DNA of 32,325 nucleotides from Octopus bimaculoides (lineage: Eukaryota). Each line of letters starts with the position of its first letter. Within the stretch, counting starts at the first letter, position 1. Positions 20,311 to 32,325 of the stretch are shown piece after piece. The stretch spans positions 32,736,286 to 32,768,610 of the forward strand of contig NC_068992.1 of the NCBI RefSeq assembly GCF_001194135.2, given 5' to 3'. The notes below the pieces were generated by a model. It saw only the letters and a program-made list of their open reading frames with translations. It made no database searches and had not been told where the DNA came from. Made by a program: the position numbers and the translations under genes.

Positions 20311-21394
20311 TCATGTTTTTTTTTCAGCACTTGTTCAAACACACACCTGTATCTTTCCCACTGTCCATGATTTATTGAACTAATTAATAAAGAAGGATTT
20401 CATGCAACAGACATACAGGTTACCTGGAGCGAAACACGTATATTACAATACAGTGACCTTATTTCTTAATGCACTGTGTATTAACATCTAGGTAAATATC
20501 TGAAACACTTTTATGTTCGCAACTATCTTCAAAAATAACAATTTTACGACAACCGAAAGATTTGTTAAGGTTAGTAAGAGGAGTACCATAACAAGATTAT
20601 AATGAATAAATAGCATTTTATACAAAAGAATGGCTGGTTAAAACTCCACAAGTATTGTTTTGAAATCAAATGCAAGCATCAATTATTTAAAAATTCACGA
20701 CGAAGTGCCAAACTTATAGAACACATCTCTAGATGTTTTCATGGCACGAACTTACATAAATTTACTTAATTGTGCATTTTAGTGATGAATTATGCAAAAT
20801 AATGTTTTAGCTTGAGGTGATATGTGAGAGAAAGATAGATATCTGATATTCGACAACAAAATATTGCAACAAAAGTTTGTGATGAATTAGGAATTATAGA
20901 AATTTAATACACCTCTAATTTGCATGTATTCCAAAAAATTTCTTGTTATGAGTGTAATAAAAGAAATGGAAATAAAAACATGACAAAATATCTATAGTTC
21001 AACAGTTACTCGATTGACGAAATCAGGATGACGTAAAGTGCTTCTCAATTATATACCGACGATTTAACATTGGATATTGATAGTTTTACCCTTCAAATAC
21101 ACATGCAATAACCGCATTAGTAACCTTGCGAAAACAACCTGAATAACCTCTGCAGTTATTATCTAAATAATCCCTTCTGCAAACGGAGCTCCAATTATGC
21201 ATCCAATTATATAATTTCAATCAAATCTCACTGTTACTGCAGATTTGCCACCTAATTTAGACTCCAGGTTTTGAGTATATTATGCGAATAATTTATATTG
21301 TCGCAATGCTGCTACACACATGTCCACCTACGTGTACACACATTTGCTTACACTGACAAAGGAACACATAAACAAAAAAGTAGCACAATCATAT

Positions 21395-21643
21395 TCATAT
21401 ATTCATATATTCATACATACATACAAACAAACATATAAACATACATAAAATACATACATACATACATACATACTGACTGTGTATTTCCTGTCTGTCTTTG
21501 TGCACCTATCACCTATTTCAGTTCTTCCAATAGGTTTGTATACCTGAGTTTTACTTCCCTTTCTACTTTCTTTTATAATCTTAACCGTTTTCGGCATTAA
21601 TCTTCCTCTTCACTTCCTTCTCTCAGCCTCTGTCTGTCTGTCT

Positions 21644-21725
<82 letters not shown>

Positions 21726-21750
21726 ACACACACGCACACACACTCTCTCT
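21395..21750. repeat. (CATA)n and long (CT)n/(CA)n microsatellites with intervening unique sequence
   Basis: Direct inspection (about 21395-21475 and 21630-21750). Confidence 0.85.
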
Positions 21751-21915
21751 TTCTTTATTCTAGTCATTATCATCACATTTCTCTTTTGTATTTTATCGCT
21801 AATTTAAAATCACTATATCTTTCACTCTCTAGTTTTTTTTCTTGTATCTTCAGATTTCTGTATCTGAACACTTACATTTGCAATCTCATTTGTAGATTTC
21901 TTTCACTTGCAACTC

Positions 21916-22790
21916 TATTCAAGGGGGTACCCAAAAGAAACCGGAATTTTGCAATGTTATTTTATTCACTTAGTTTTACATGTTTACACTTTTATCACCT
22001 TCAAAGTATTCTTCATTTGAAGCAATGTATCGCTCCAGCAATGCTGGAACTCTTGCGAAGTGATGCCTTTTAATGCCTCCGTCGTTTTTTCTCTTCATCT
22101 TTTCCTCATTTGCAAATTTCGTAGCACCATCTTTCCTTACCAGTGATGACCTTCCAAAACAGGTCCGGATCGATTTCCGACTGTTCTTTCAATTCACAAG
22201 ACGCATTCAATCGTGACTGCTTTTGATCTTCCGTGAGCAAGCGAGGCACAAATTTTGCTGCAGTTCTTTTCATTTACAACTCCTCGTTCCAAATTCCTTA
22301 GCAAGAGCTCCAGGACACACCAGTTATGTCAACAAATTCGTCAATTGTTCAGTGACGATCCTCCAAGATCAGTGTATGAATTTTCATGATGTTTTCATTC
22401 GTTCGGGAGCTGGACAGTCGCCCTGAACGAGGTTGGTCTTCAAGCGATAAGGGACCATTTTTAAAGCTTGGAAACCACTCATAAGCTTGTGTTTTGCTCA
22501 TTGCAGCATCCTTGTAAACTGTTTGAAGCATGACATCTTTTTCGGCTACATTTTCCCCAACAAAAACAAAAAAACAGAATTTCACGGAAGCACGCTGTTC
22601 CTTCGTTGCATCCATCACAAAAATCGACCAACAGGGGAGAAGCACTGCAAAATAGAAACGTACCATATGGCAGTACGTAGTTAGCTGATAACGCCGGTCA
22701 GCAGACTGATGCCGGAGGGTAACAGCTTCTCTACCATGGGCTTTTCATACAGAGAACATATCCAGTTACTTTTGGGTACCCCCTCAAATA
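21916..22790 (-). mobile_element. Internally deleted mariner with paired TIRs and TA ends
   Basis: Left TATTCAAGGGGGTACCCAAAAGAAACCGGA versus reverse complement of the right end TATTTGAGGGGGTACCCAAAAGTAACTGGA. Coding remnant MDATKEQRASVKFC..EWF..FKNG..LEDQPRSGR..AAKFVPRLLTEDQKQSR..KVITG, then jumps to the C-terminus (KRKTTEALKGITSQEFQHC). Confidence 0.95.
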
Positions 22791-24917
22791 TATATAAGGA
22801 CAACACAGTTATATTGCCACTGCCAGTGTTTTCTCCTTAAAACTAAAACTAAGTAAACTTATACACTTGATCAATAAGCGCCATATGTTTGAACCAATTA
22901 GGTATCAAATATCCTTCACGTAATGTAGAAAGAAAAGACATCCTACTTCATCTGGTGAATAAATAAATGTTAAGAAATGTATTCCATTGAATTAGCTTCT
23001 AAATCCTGGTAGTTATAAGATGCTGTCAGTATTGATAAATCCCGAGTACACTTAAGAATTCGCTTTGCATGGAAAACAAACGAACCAAAAAGTATCCACT
23101 TCTATATGTTAATAACATTAAAAATGTCAATAATACTATCTATATGACATGAATAACACCAGAGAACGTGACTTTAAAAACATGTTAGAGGGCGTAATAT
23201 AAATTATAGTTGAATAGTACTTTAGTGTCCGATACAGATTATGTCATTTAATGCACACGTCAAATTTTAGTCCATAAAATGCGGCTGTAATAATATTAGT
23301 AATATTGCTGGTGCAAAATAAGCAATATCAACTTGGCATATTACAGCAGCCAAACTATGACTGTAGTATTTAAGTTCCCAGGGAATTTTTCACTTTTTCC
23401 ATTCATAAAGTAAATTGTAACTTTTAGTTACTTACTATCCACTTTGAAAATATGCAAAAGCTTTACTACAACAACATGTGCACAGCAAGCAAAATATCCA
23501 TAAAACACAACACCAGTAAGATAGTGTTATAATGGTCTTTGTGTATATCCAGGCTACCCGATACTCACTGGAAAATTACGAAGTTTAACAGAAACATTGC
23601 ATGAACGCATATTCTACGACTCAGTCAATATGAATACGTCTATATATGACTTCTGTGAATTAAAAAGACCAGTTTCACTTCAAAGGTTTTTGAAGAATAC
23701 ATGGCGAAATTTGCTCTACTTACAAATTGAACAATAGTTCAGACGCGGAGAATGATACCCAGTGGAATGCATTCAGAGCTTCCTCAGCAACATAATCGGC
23801 CTCTAAGCTAATCGGTGCATTGAACCATATAGCATACATTTATTGACAGCTAACCACAGCACACATAGTTCAGAATTAGGTTCAAAGTCCCCGTGGGGCG
23901 CCGGTGCAACATTCGGCTAATGCCTTATGATGGCACTGGATGGAATATTATCAGCGTTTTCTGTATGTCAGTCTGCCAAACGTTCTCTTGGCCATGCCAT
24001 GAGCGTGTGGTAAACTATTCAATGCATTTACATTTTGCACTAGTTTATAACGATGAGATTTCTGAAGTTTTTAACCATCAAAGTTCAACACGTATACCTC
24101 GACAATAAAATACGTCACAAACAGGAAATCTACAATGCAGCTTTTATCAACATTTTGAACAGTTGTCTGTGAGTCATCGATAGAAATTTCAAGAGAAACA
24201 AAGATTTTTTTATACATAAGCAACGAAAATCAATGGCAATGAACTCATACCTATCGCAGAAGCAAGAAAATACTACATTGCTATTTTGATCGAACTCGAC
24301 AACAAGAAGTTAGAATTTACTTCCTCGGTGCACGCTGTGGGCTGCAAAAACATTCTTACTTATCCAACTTACCTGAATGCGTTACCATAACGGCAGATAT
24401 ATTGCAATTGCTTCCTCAGGTATCTTCGCTATGTTTCTTCCACTAGGCCATACAGCGTTTTCTACTTCTCATCTTCTGGGTTTTATATTACAAACTTGCC
24501 AAGATATTGGAAACCAAAATGTTCTTAGGAAATGCCAGATGATTGCTTAGAACGAACACACAGTGACTCACAAACGAACTCTGTCGGACCTTGAATGGAT
24601 ACTGGAACATTTGTGTGGTCATAGAGCAGTTGTGCTATAAGGTTACCTCTCTTCAACATATCCAGTGATCATAAAAGGAGCAAAACCTCAGAAGATCCGA
24701 ACTTAATAAAGTGTCATCACTTTCGACCAAGTTTGTTTCGGAAACCTCTACAAACTTGAGTGTCAATCGACTTGGATATGAGCTTACTTTGCAGTTTGCC
24801 AAACTCATTGCTACATAAAAGGGAGCGAAGATTTCATTCTGACACTCTCCCATACATACACTGAACAACTCGACCGATTACATGATAAACTTGTTGCGGT
24901 GAGTGAGGTGTTCCGCA

Positions 24918-25250
24918 TAACGCCTTGAAGAGATTTAGTCGAACAAATCGACCCCAGGATTTTTTAAAGCATGGTATTTACTCTATTGGTCCCTTTTACG
25001 TTACGGGGACGTAAGCACATCAACACCGATTGTCAAGCGGTGGTGGGGAACAAACACAGAAATAAAGACACACATATATAGATATTGTATATATAAGATG
25101 GACTTCTTTCAGTTTCCCTCTACCAAATGCATCATAAGGTTTTGGTCGGCCACAGGCTATAGTAGAAGACATTTGTCCAAGGTGCCACGCAGTGAGACTG
25201 AACCTGGATCATGTGGGTTGGGAAGCAATCTTCTTACCACACAGCCACTC
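24918..25250 (-). mobile_element. SINE family A, near full length including the tRNA head
   Basis: Minus strand: GAGTGGCTGTGTGGTAAGAAG (A box)..CCAGGTTCAGTCTC (B-box-like)..GTGGCACCTTGGACAAATGTCTTCTACTATAGCC (CORE-like), then a TA/TG tract and the 3' body. Confidence 0.92.
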
Positions 25251-27241
25251 TGTGCAATAAGTTACTAATGCTGCTTTTAATATCTTCAACAAAAAGTTTA
25301 AATACTGCTGGATTTAACCAATACATGTGTGTCCATATATGTGTGCAGATAAGTGTATGGGCGTCGCTATGTCGGTGTACTCACGCACGTGTATGTGTTT
25401 GTATGTGGGGGTGTAAAAAGTCTCTGTTACCGACGGTCGGCTTCGTGTATAGTTAATGGGGTCCTGTAAAATGGTGCTAAAAGTGGCGACAGTTTAGTCG
25501 ATCATCTTACTCTGAAAGTAAATCTTAATTTATTCTCACCAATTATTTAAGGAACAGTGTATATAATATACATAACGCTTAAATATATTTGGTGTTTTGA
25601 TTTGCTGAACAGTGTTTACGTGTGAACATGTGTATGTGTGAACGTGAGTGTTTATGTACAAAACAATGCGTATTAGAAATCTAAAATAAATTTTAAAATT
25701 TTGATTAAAAACAGAAGTAGTGTCTCACATGTACGACGTTAGCCTTTCTAATGATGGAAAGTGAAACAAAGCAAAAATATAGAGAACTAGTAACAAATGA
25801 AAAAGTCAAACTGCGACTGAAAATAATATTTGCATTTATGAAGTATGCATATAAGTTCATGTAACTTTGTATTTGATTGCATTTGTATTACAAAACATTC
25901 TTGTTTGTGATTGTTGAAATTAATGTTACTTATACCGTACAAGAGTCCTATTTTGTGTTTGAATTCCAAATATACTCTTTTGCTCTGTTTGCATGTTTTT
26001 ATAATAGATATAGCAATACATATAAAAATATTTTATATAATTATAACCTGACAAATTCAAACACACATATTATGTGTAATATTACATTTCTGTATTGTGA
26101 GAGATTATTACATACACGAACATTTTTCAAACATTTGTAAACTTTGTGAAAAAATTCGAGAAATCCAATCAGTAAAATACTTAACAATGTAGTACTTCAG
26201 GTGTTTTGATGATAATCTTTCCTTTTCATACAGTTAATGATAGCAATATATACATAATAGATACAGGAAGAGTGATGTGCCGTAATCATCTCATCAGCAT
26301 TAAGTAATATATAATCTTCATTGAAATCATTCTGTTTTCTCCCATTTCCAATGTGTTTATTTAAAGTAGAACACCTAATTCATATTTAGGAATAACATCG
26401 GATCAGCTTTAGAATGAATATAATGTGCTTCAATTAATTTTTTTTAATTAACGACTATAAATCAGAAAATTAAAATACTTTAATGCATTAAGCCCACACT
26501 TAAAAACAGTTTCTCCCCTCCCTAACGTTTCTTTCTTTTTTTTATTTAAAACATAAAACATTAAAACGAAGCAACTGTGTTCTGATTACATGTTTCTAAT
26601 TAAAGTTTATCAATTGCAAAAGCAATACATTTAATTGGAGCTTAATATTAATTCTGTCCTTCAACAAATTGAGGGTGGAGAAAACCGCATGTTCTTTCAA
26701 TTTGATAATGGAAAATATTTAAAGAAGTTTAATTAGAATATCAGTAAAAGTTTTCCAGCAATTAGACACTTTTTTATCACTCGTTGAATAAAGCATTAGA
26801 ATAATGTTTGTACAACATTGAGAATTAAATGAAGTTCTCTGAAGCATAGGTTCGTATATATTAGATTTATATATGTGTATTTTATGTTTAAAGCTATAAG
26901 CTACTTGGCACAATTCACTAAATTCACTTCAGATTTAACACCTGAGGTATCTTAAGAAACTGATTAGCTGTAAGTGATCCAGTTTTGGTAGATTACAGTT
27001 ACATATTGATTTGCTTTCATCAAAATAAATGTTTTATTTACTGGGCTCAATTCATTCCTATTCAAAAGAGAGAATATAATTTAAAATAACATGTATTATG
27101 AGAGGATTTACAATTTTAGAATAGCGTCATATTCGAAGTCAGTTGTCATTAATTTACTTCAGCATCAATTCTTAGAAGCATAATATATCATATTTAAAAT
27201 ACCGACATGGTTGCTACATTAGGGTGACTCTCCTACTTTCT

Positions 27242-28135
27242 TACGAGGGCAAAAGTGGATAGCTAAATTTGGGAGCGAAATGTCAGTCAAGAAAATCATC
27301 AAAAGCCTGGACGTCCTGCAACTCCTACCCCCAATGAAAACATAGATCGTGTACACCACACGCTGAGGGATGACAGGCGACTGACTATGAATCAAATAGC
27401 CAATGCTATTAGAATACTCCGTGAGAGAGTTGAGAATATTCTACACAATGAAATTGGCATGACGAAAGTCTTTGCTCTGTGGGTACCACGTCCTCTGAAA
27501 CCTAATCAAAAGAGCACCAAACTGATCAAGTTACGGGTTTACGGGTAAGTCGGGCATTGTTTGAGGCAGATCCAGCTGGTTTCCCTGAACGTTTCCTAAA
27601 CCAGGATGTATGCTGTCTCCATCACTCTGAGCTAGAGTCGAAAGACCAGCCATGGTAGTAGAAACACCCCTCCTCAACGACTCCTAAGAAGGCCATGGTC
27701 ATTTCATCTGCTAGGGAGATGATGACCTCAGGTTTTTGTGAGGCAAAAGGCATTGCGTATATCGAATATCTTCAAAAGGGTCACACCATCAATGCAGAAT
27801 ACTATACCAACTTGCCAAGACAGTTACGAAAGTCTGTCAAGACCAAACGCCCTGGGAAACTGACCAAAGGTGTTTTGTTTTAATACGACAATGCTCCAGT
27901 ACACAATTCCTTGGCTTCAATGGCTGCTGCGTGCCACTGTAGTTTTTAACAAGTACATCACACTCCCTATTCTCTTGATTTGGCCCCATCTGACTATCAT
28001 CTGTTACCCAACATGAAAACAACTTGGCTGGGAATCAGTATCCCTGTGATGATGGTGTCATATCTGCAGTTGGTGAAGTTTTTGACAAGCAGGATAAAAG
28101 CATGTTTACCAATGAGATTGAAGCACTTCAACACA
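27242..28135 (+). pseudogene. Mariner (DD34D-type) transposase pseudogene
   Basis: GRPATPTPNENIDRVH..DRRLTMNQIA..LWVPRPL..FLNQDV..KKAMVISSAREMM..YLQKGHTINAEYY..KRPGKLTKGVLF*YDNAPVH..PYSLDLAPSDYHL, with stops and frameshifts. Possible TIR start TACGAGGG at 27242; the 3' end is lost in (CA)n. Confidence 0.93.
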
Positions 28136-28717
28136 CACATAGACACACACACACACACCGGGATGAGATTGGCATACAGGCAAACAGGCAGGTAGAAAGA
28201 CAGACAGACAGATAGATTGATACTCAACGGTAAGATCCAAGGATCCAAGTATATGAATTATGTAAGCTTCATGCGGTCCATTGTAGGTAAAGAACAAAAA
28301 GTGGACAGTGCAAGATAAGGAACGCTTAACAGTTTATTAGGATCGAAACTCATGTCGATGTTACACAGAAATGTGATAAGCTGATAGCCTCTTTATAGCT
28401 CACGGTTAGCAAAAATCAAAATCGAATGAGTGGAACAGGTAAAATGCAAGTTATATATGTCTCTTAGATAACTGACCTCTCATGTAATAGCTACTCAGCG
28501 AGTGGTGCTTAGCTTAGAAAACCATCAGGTCGAAATTACCTTAATGGAATGAAGATTACATTGTCGCTTGGAATTTCCAAACTGACACACCGCCCATGTG
28601 AACTGAAATGGAACACTCCTCGTTCAGTAACTGTTGCATCATAGTATCTGCTAGCTAAGAAACAAATGTAACCTAAACCTAACCACTCCTTCAATTAGGC
28701 TATATGTGCGGTGTGTG

Positions 28718-28721
28718 TTTG

Positions 28722-28764
<43 letters not shown>

Positions 28765-28774
28765 NNNNNNNNNN

Positions 28775-28811
<37 letters not shown>

Positions 28812-28820
28812 TGTGAGTGT
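28718..28820. repeat. (TA)n and (TG)n microsatellites with a short gap
   Basis: Direct inspection. Confidence 0.95.
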
Positions 28821-30204
28821 ATACACATGCATATATTGGTACAGGGTGTCACCGAAGTTGCAAATAACATGAAATACATAAACGAGAAAGAAATGGAAAA
28901 TAGGAAAGTAAACACAGAGAACGGAATCTTCATCAGTTGTTGGATGTCTATCTACTACACATTTCAAGCATTAACCGACAATATGATACTTCAATGACAG
29001 CTGCTCCCATAAATTCTAAAATAAAGTTTAGGATTAATGGAGGGTCAAACTTCGAAGAAAAATAGACAGTGGAGACATACAAAGAAACTGAGCGAAAACA
29101 AAGATGGAGGGTCGTTAGACCAGAACGAGAGGAAAATAGTGAACGCTGGGAGAGATATCTATGTGAAAAGAGAAAAGATAGAAGAGAGAGAGGAAGAAAA
29201 GTCCATTCTTTTAATCATCCGTACAGGAAAAGAAAGATGGACGATGATCACGTGTGAGCAACAAAAGATATATATANNNNNNNNNNNNNNNNNNNNNNNN
29301 NNNNNNNNNNNNNNNNNNNNNNNNNNNNNNNNNNNNNNNNNNNNNNNNNNNNNNNNNNNNNNNNNNNNNNNNNNNNNNNNNNNNNNNNNNNNNNNNNNNN
29401 NNNNNNNNNNNNNNNNNNNNNNNNNNNNNNNNNNNNNNNNNNNNNNNNNNNNNNNNNNNNNNNNNNNNNNNNNNNNNNNNNNNNNNNNNNNNNNNNNNNN
29501 NNNNNNNNNNNNNNNNNNNNNNNNNNNNNNNNNNNNNNNNNNNNNNNNNNNNNNNNNNNNNNNNNNNNNNNNNNNNNNNNNNNNNNNNNNNNNNNNNNNN
29601 NNNNNNNNNNNNNNNNNNNNNNNNNNNNNNNNNNNNNNNNNNNNNNNNNNNNNNNNNNNNNNNNNNNNNNNNNNNNNNNNNNNNNNNNNNNNNNNNNNNN
29701 NNNNNNNNNNNNNNNNNNNNNNNNNNNNNNNNNNNNNNNNNNNNNNNNNNNNNNNNNNNNNNNNNNNNNNNNNNNNNNNNNNNNNNNNNNNNNNNNNNNN
29801 NNNNNNNNNNNNNNNNNNNNNNNNNNNNNNNNNNNNNNNNNNNNNNNNNNNNNNNNNNNNNNNNNNNNNNNNNNNNNNNNNNNNNNNNNNNNNNNNNNNN
29901 NNNNNNNNNNNNNNNNNNNNNNNNNNNNNNNNNNNNNNNNNNNNNNNNNNNNNNNNNNNNNNNNNNNNNNNNNNNNNNNNNNNNNNNNNNNNNNNNNNNN
30001 NNNNNTATATATATATATACATATATACATATATATATATATACATATATATATACATATGTATACATATATATATACATATATATATATACATACACAT
30101 TTATATATACACACACACGCCACACAAATAAGAATGAATTAGCAATATGTATTTCCTATTTTTAAGACGTCATATTCTAATATGATGATTGTTTGTCAGT
30201 TAAA

Positions 30205-30518
30205 AGTCCCATTTACCTTGGGCAGGTGTCTTCTACTATAGCATCGGGCCGACCAAAGTGGATTTGGTAGACGGAAACTGAAAGAAGCATGTCGTATATA
30301 TGTGTATATATGAATGTATGTGTATATGTTTGTGTGTCTCTTTTTTCCCCCAACATCGCTTGACAACCGATGGTGGTGTGTTTACGTCCCCGGTTCACCA
30401 AAAAAAAGACCGATAGAATAAATACTAGGCTTACAAAGAGTAAGACCTGCGGTATTTGCTCGACTAAAGGCGGTGCTCCAGCATGGCCATAGTCAAATGA
30501 CTGAAACAAGTAATAGAG

Positions 30519-30520
<2 letters not shown>
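30205..30520 (+). mobile_element. SINE family A lacking the tRNA head
   Basis: ACCTTGGGCAGGTGTCTTCTACTATAGCATCGGGCCGACC (CORE-like)..CATCGCTTGACAACCGATG..CTCGACTAAAGGCGGTGCTCCAGCATGG..GACTGAAACAAGTAATAGAGTA. Confidence 0.93.
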
Positions 30521-30553
<33 letters not shown>

Positions 30554-31001
30554 NNNNNNNNNNNNNNNNNNNNNNNNNNNNNNNNNNNNNNNNNNNNNNN
30601 NNNNNNNNNNNNNNNNNNNNNNNNNNNNNNNNNNNNNNNNNNNNNNNNNNNNNNNNNNNNNNNNNNNNNNNNNNNNNNNNNNNNNNNNNNNNNNNNNNNN
30701 NNNNNNNNNNNNNNNNNNNNNNNNNNNNNNNNNNNNNNNNNNNNNNNNNNNNNNNNNNNNNNNNNNNNNNNNNNNNNNNNNNNNNNNNNNNNNNNNNNNN
30801 NNNNNNNNNNNNNNNNNNNNNNNNNNNNNNNNNNNNNNNNNNNNNNNNNNNNNNNNNNNNNNNNNNNNNNNNNNNNNNNNNNNNNNNNNNNNNNNNNNNN
30901 NNNNNNNNNNNNNNNNNNNNNNNNNNNNNNNNNNNNNNNNNNNNNNNNNNNNNNNNNNNNNNNNNNNNNNNNNNNNNNNNNNNNNNNNNNNNNNNNNNNN
31001 N

Positions 31002-31399
31002 GTCTCATATCCCAAGTCTGTGAGCTTCTGCAGGGTCATTCTGGAAAGTGCACTCGAGCATTTTCTTGGAGCAGAATGGGACCACACTGATTATTAAATG
31101 CCGGTCTCATTTCCCTAAAGTGAAAATGCATTTCTTCCAGTTCCTTACAGTAATCTTAGGTCCCAGAAAACTGTATTGTTTTCAAATGCTGATCATCAAT
31201 GATGGATGGACGTCTTCTACATTCTTGATCTTCAAACTTCTCATCCCTACTATAGAATCTCTCAAACCATTTTCGTACCTTTCGATCGCTGGTGGACACT
31301 TCACCCCGTACTCTGTTGATATTGGCGGCTGTTTGAGAAGCAATATGTCCAAGCTTGAATTCATGCAAAAAGAAGGAAACGCATTTCTTCATTTTTCAT
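31002..31399 (-). pseudogene. Hsmar1-like mariner transposase fragment with internal deletion
   Basis: ATG at 31399: MKNEEMRF / FLHEFKLGHIASQTAANINR..SDRKVRKWFERF..EDQECRRRPSIIDDQHLKTI, then a deletion to GPILLQENARVH / MTLQKLTDLGYE; runs into an N-gap at 31001. Confidence 0.88.
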
Positions 31400-31599
31400 C
31401 TTGTAATTAAGAATCTCTAGACTTCAAAGTTATATTTTGAATGAAATCAATAAATTTTTTTACAAAAATACACATCCATTATTAAGATTGTGAAATTTAG
31501 TCTACAATACTACAAAAATAACATCTTAAATCAAACTTGAAAAAGTGCTTTTGAAAAGGTTGACAGTATTTTCCGAACAGCCTAATATATAATACATGT

Positions 31600-31629
31600 T
31601 ATACATACACACACACGCACACGCACACA

Positions 31630-31675
<46 letters not shown>

Positions 31676-31680
31676 TACAT
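31600..31680. repeat. (CA)n microsatellite
   Basis: Direct inspection. Confidence 0.95.
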
Positions 31681-31974
31681 ATAACGAATCAGTATTCAAT
31701 TAATAGAGGAACAGAAAATGGAGAGTTGAAAGTTAATAATTATTTATTAATAAAGTGATACTTCATACTTCCTGCAGGTGTTTCAATTGTGCTCAAGAAG
31801 TAACTCACAAATTTATGCTTTAAATTTGCATTTATATGATATGGGCACAATATCATCAGGGAAAAAGATATACAATAACAGATTACCTCTTAGTCCATAC
31901 CGACAGACTAAATATATGGAGTTATTTTATTTTTATATTTGTGTGTGCGTCAGGGTAAACGGATTGATTTGAAT

Positions 31975-32135
31975 ATAATGAGAAATAAGGTATAATAAAT
32001 AATAAGGTAGAATAAAATAAAATAATATAAAATTAAATCAAATTAGAATAAAAATAAAAGATATAAAATATAAAATAGATAAGATAAAAATAAAATAAAT
32101 AAATAAAACTAGAACAAAAATAAAACAAAATCAAA
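31975..32135. repeat. Degenerate (AATAA)n low-complexity tract
   Basis: Direct inspection. Confidence 0.8.
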
Positions 32136-32325
32136 CAGAACAGACAATGAATTGATCGGTGCAAATTGGTTGGAGAAATTTAAATCAGTTTACATGCGGT
32201 TAAGCGTTTCAGAGTACATCTAATCAGAACGGTTTCTCAATACATGCGTGTGTGTGGAATTATACACTTACAAAAGACTCCAAGTAATAATTGCATGCAT
32301 ATATATATATATATATATATATATA

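Noticed and set aside
28839-29270. TACAGGGTGTC Tc1/mariner-like TIR start and a purine-rich ORF at 29037
   Set aside because: No partner TIR or transposase motif; the ORF is low complexity and runs into a gap.
1-32325. CRISPR array, rRNA, operons or other prokaryotic systems
   Set aside because: No regularly spaced repeat-spacer structure or gene-dense coding; dispersed repeats are SINE, PLE and mariner copies in eukaryotic DNA.

Overview
AT-rich eukaryotic DNA, dense in microsatellites and transposons, with several N-gaps. I found no host protein-coding gene, rRNA, functional tRNA or CRISPR array that I can support. The SINE families and the (TA)n/(CA)n load resemble an octopod cephalopod genome; this is recognition from memory, not a search. 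Content: (i) five fragments of Penelope-like retroelements (PLEs) from at least three lineages, clustered between about 4.8 and 17.4 kb, with RT and GIY-YIG remnants; (ii) two unrelated minimal hammerhead-ribozyme (HHR) motifs in PLE 3' regions; (iii) six decayed mariner elements, two with both TIRs; (iv) many copies of two tRNA-derived SINE families; (v) a putative LTR with a promoter-motif cluster; (vi) a 48-bp-arm hairpin. The most interesting structure is a PLE insertion at 16620-17410, flanked by a 15-bp target-site duplication. Its 3' pseudo-LTR (pLTR) begins 9 bp after the ORF stop with a tRNA-like RNA polymerase III head (A and B boxes), followed by an (AAT)n(AAC)n linker, a minimal hammerhead and a tail. 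A partial inverted copy of the pLTR caps the 5' end. Element boundaries are read by eye and approximate unless a motif is quoted.
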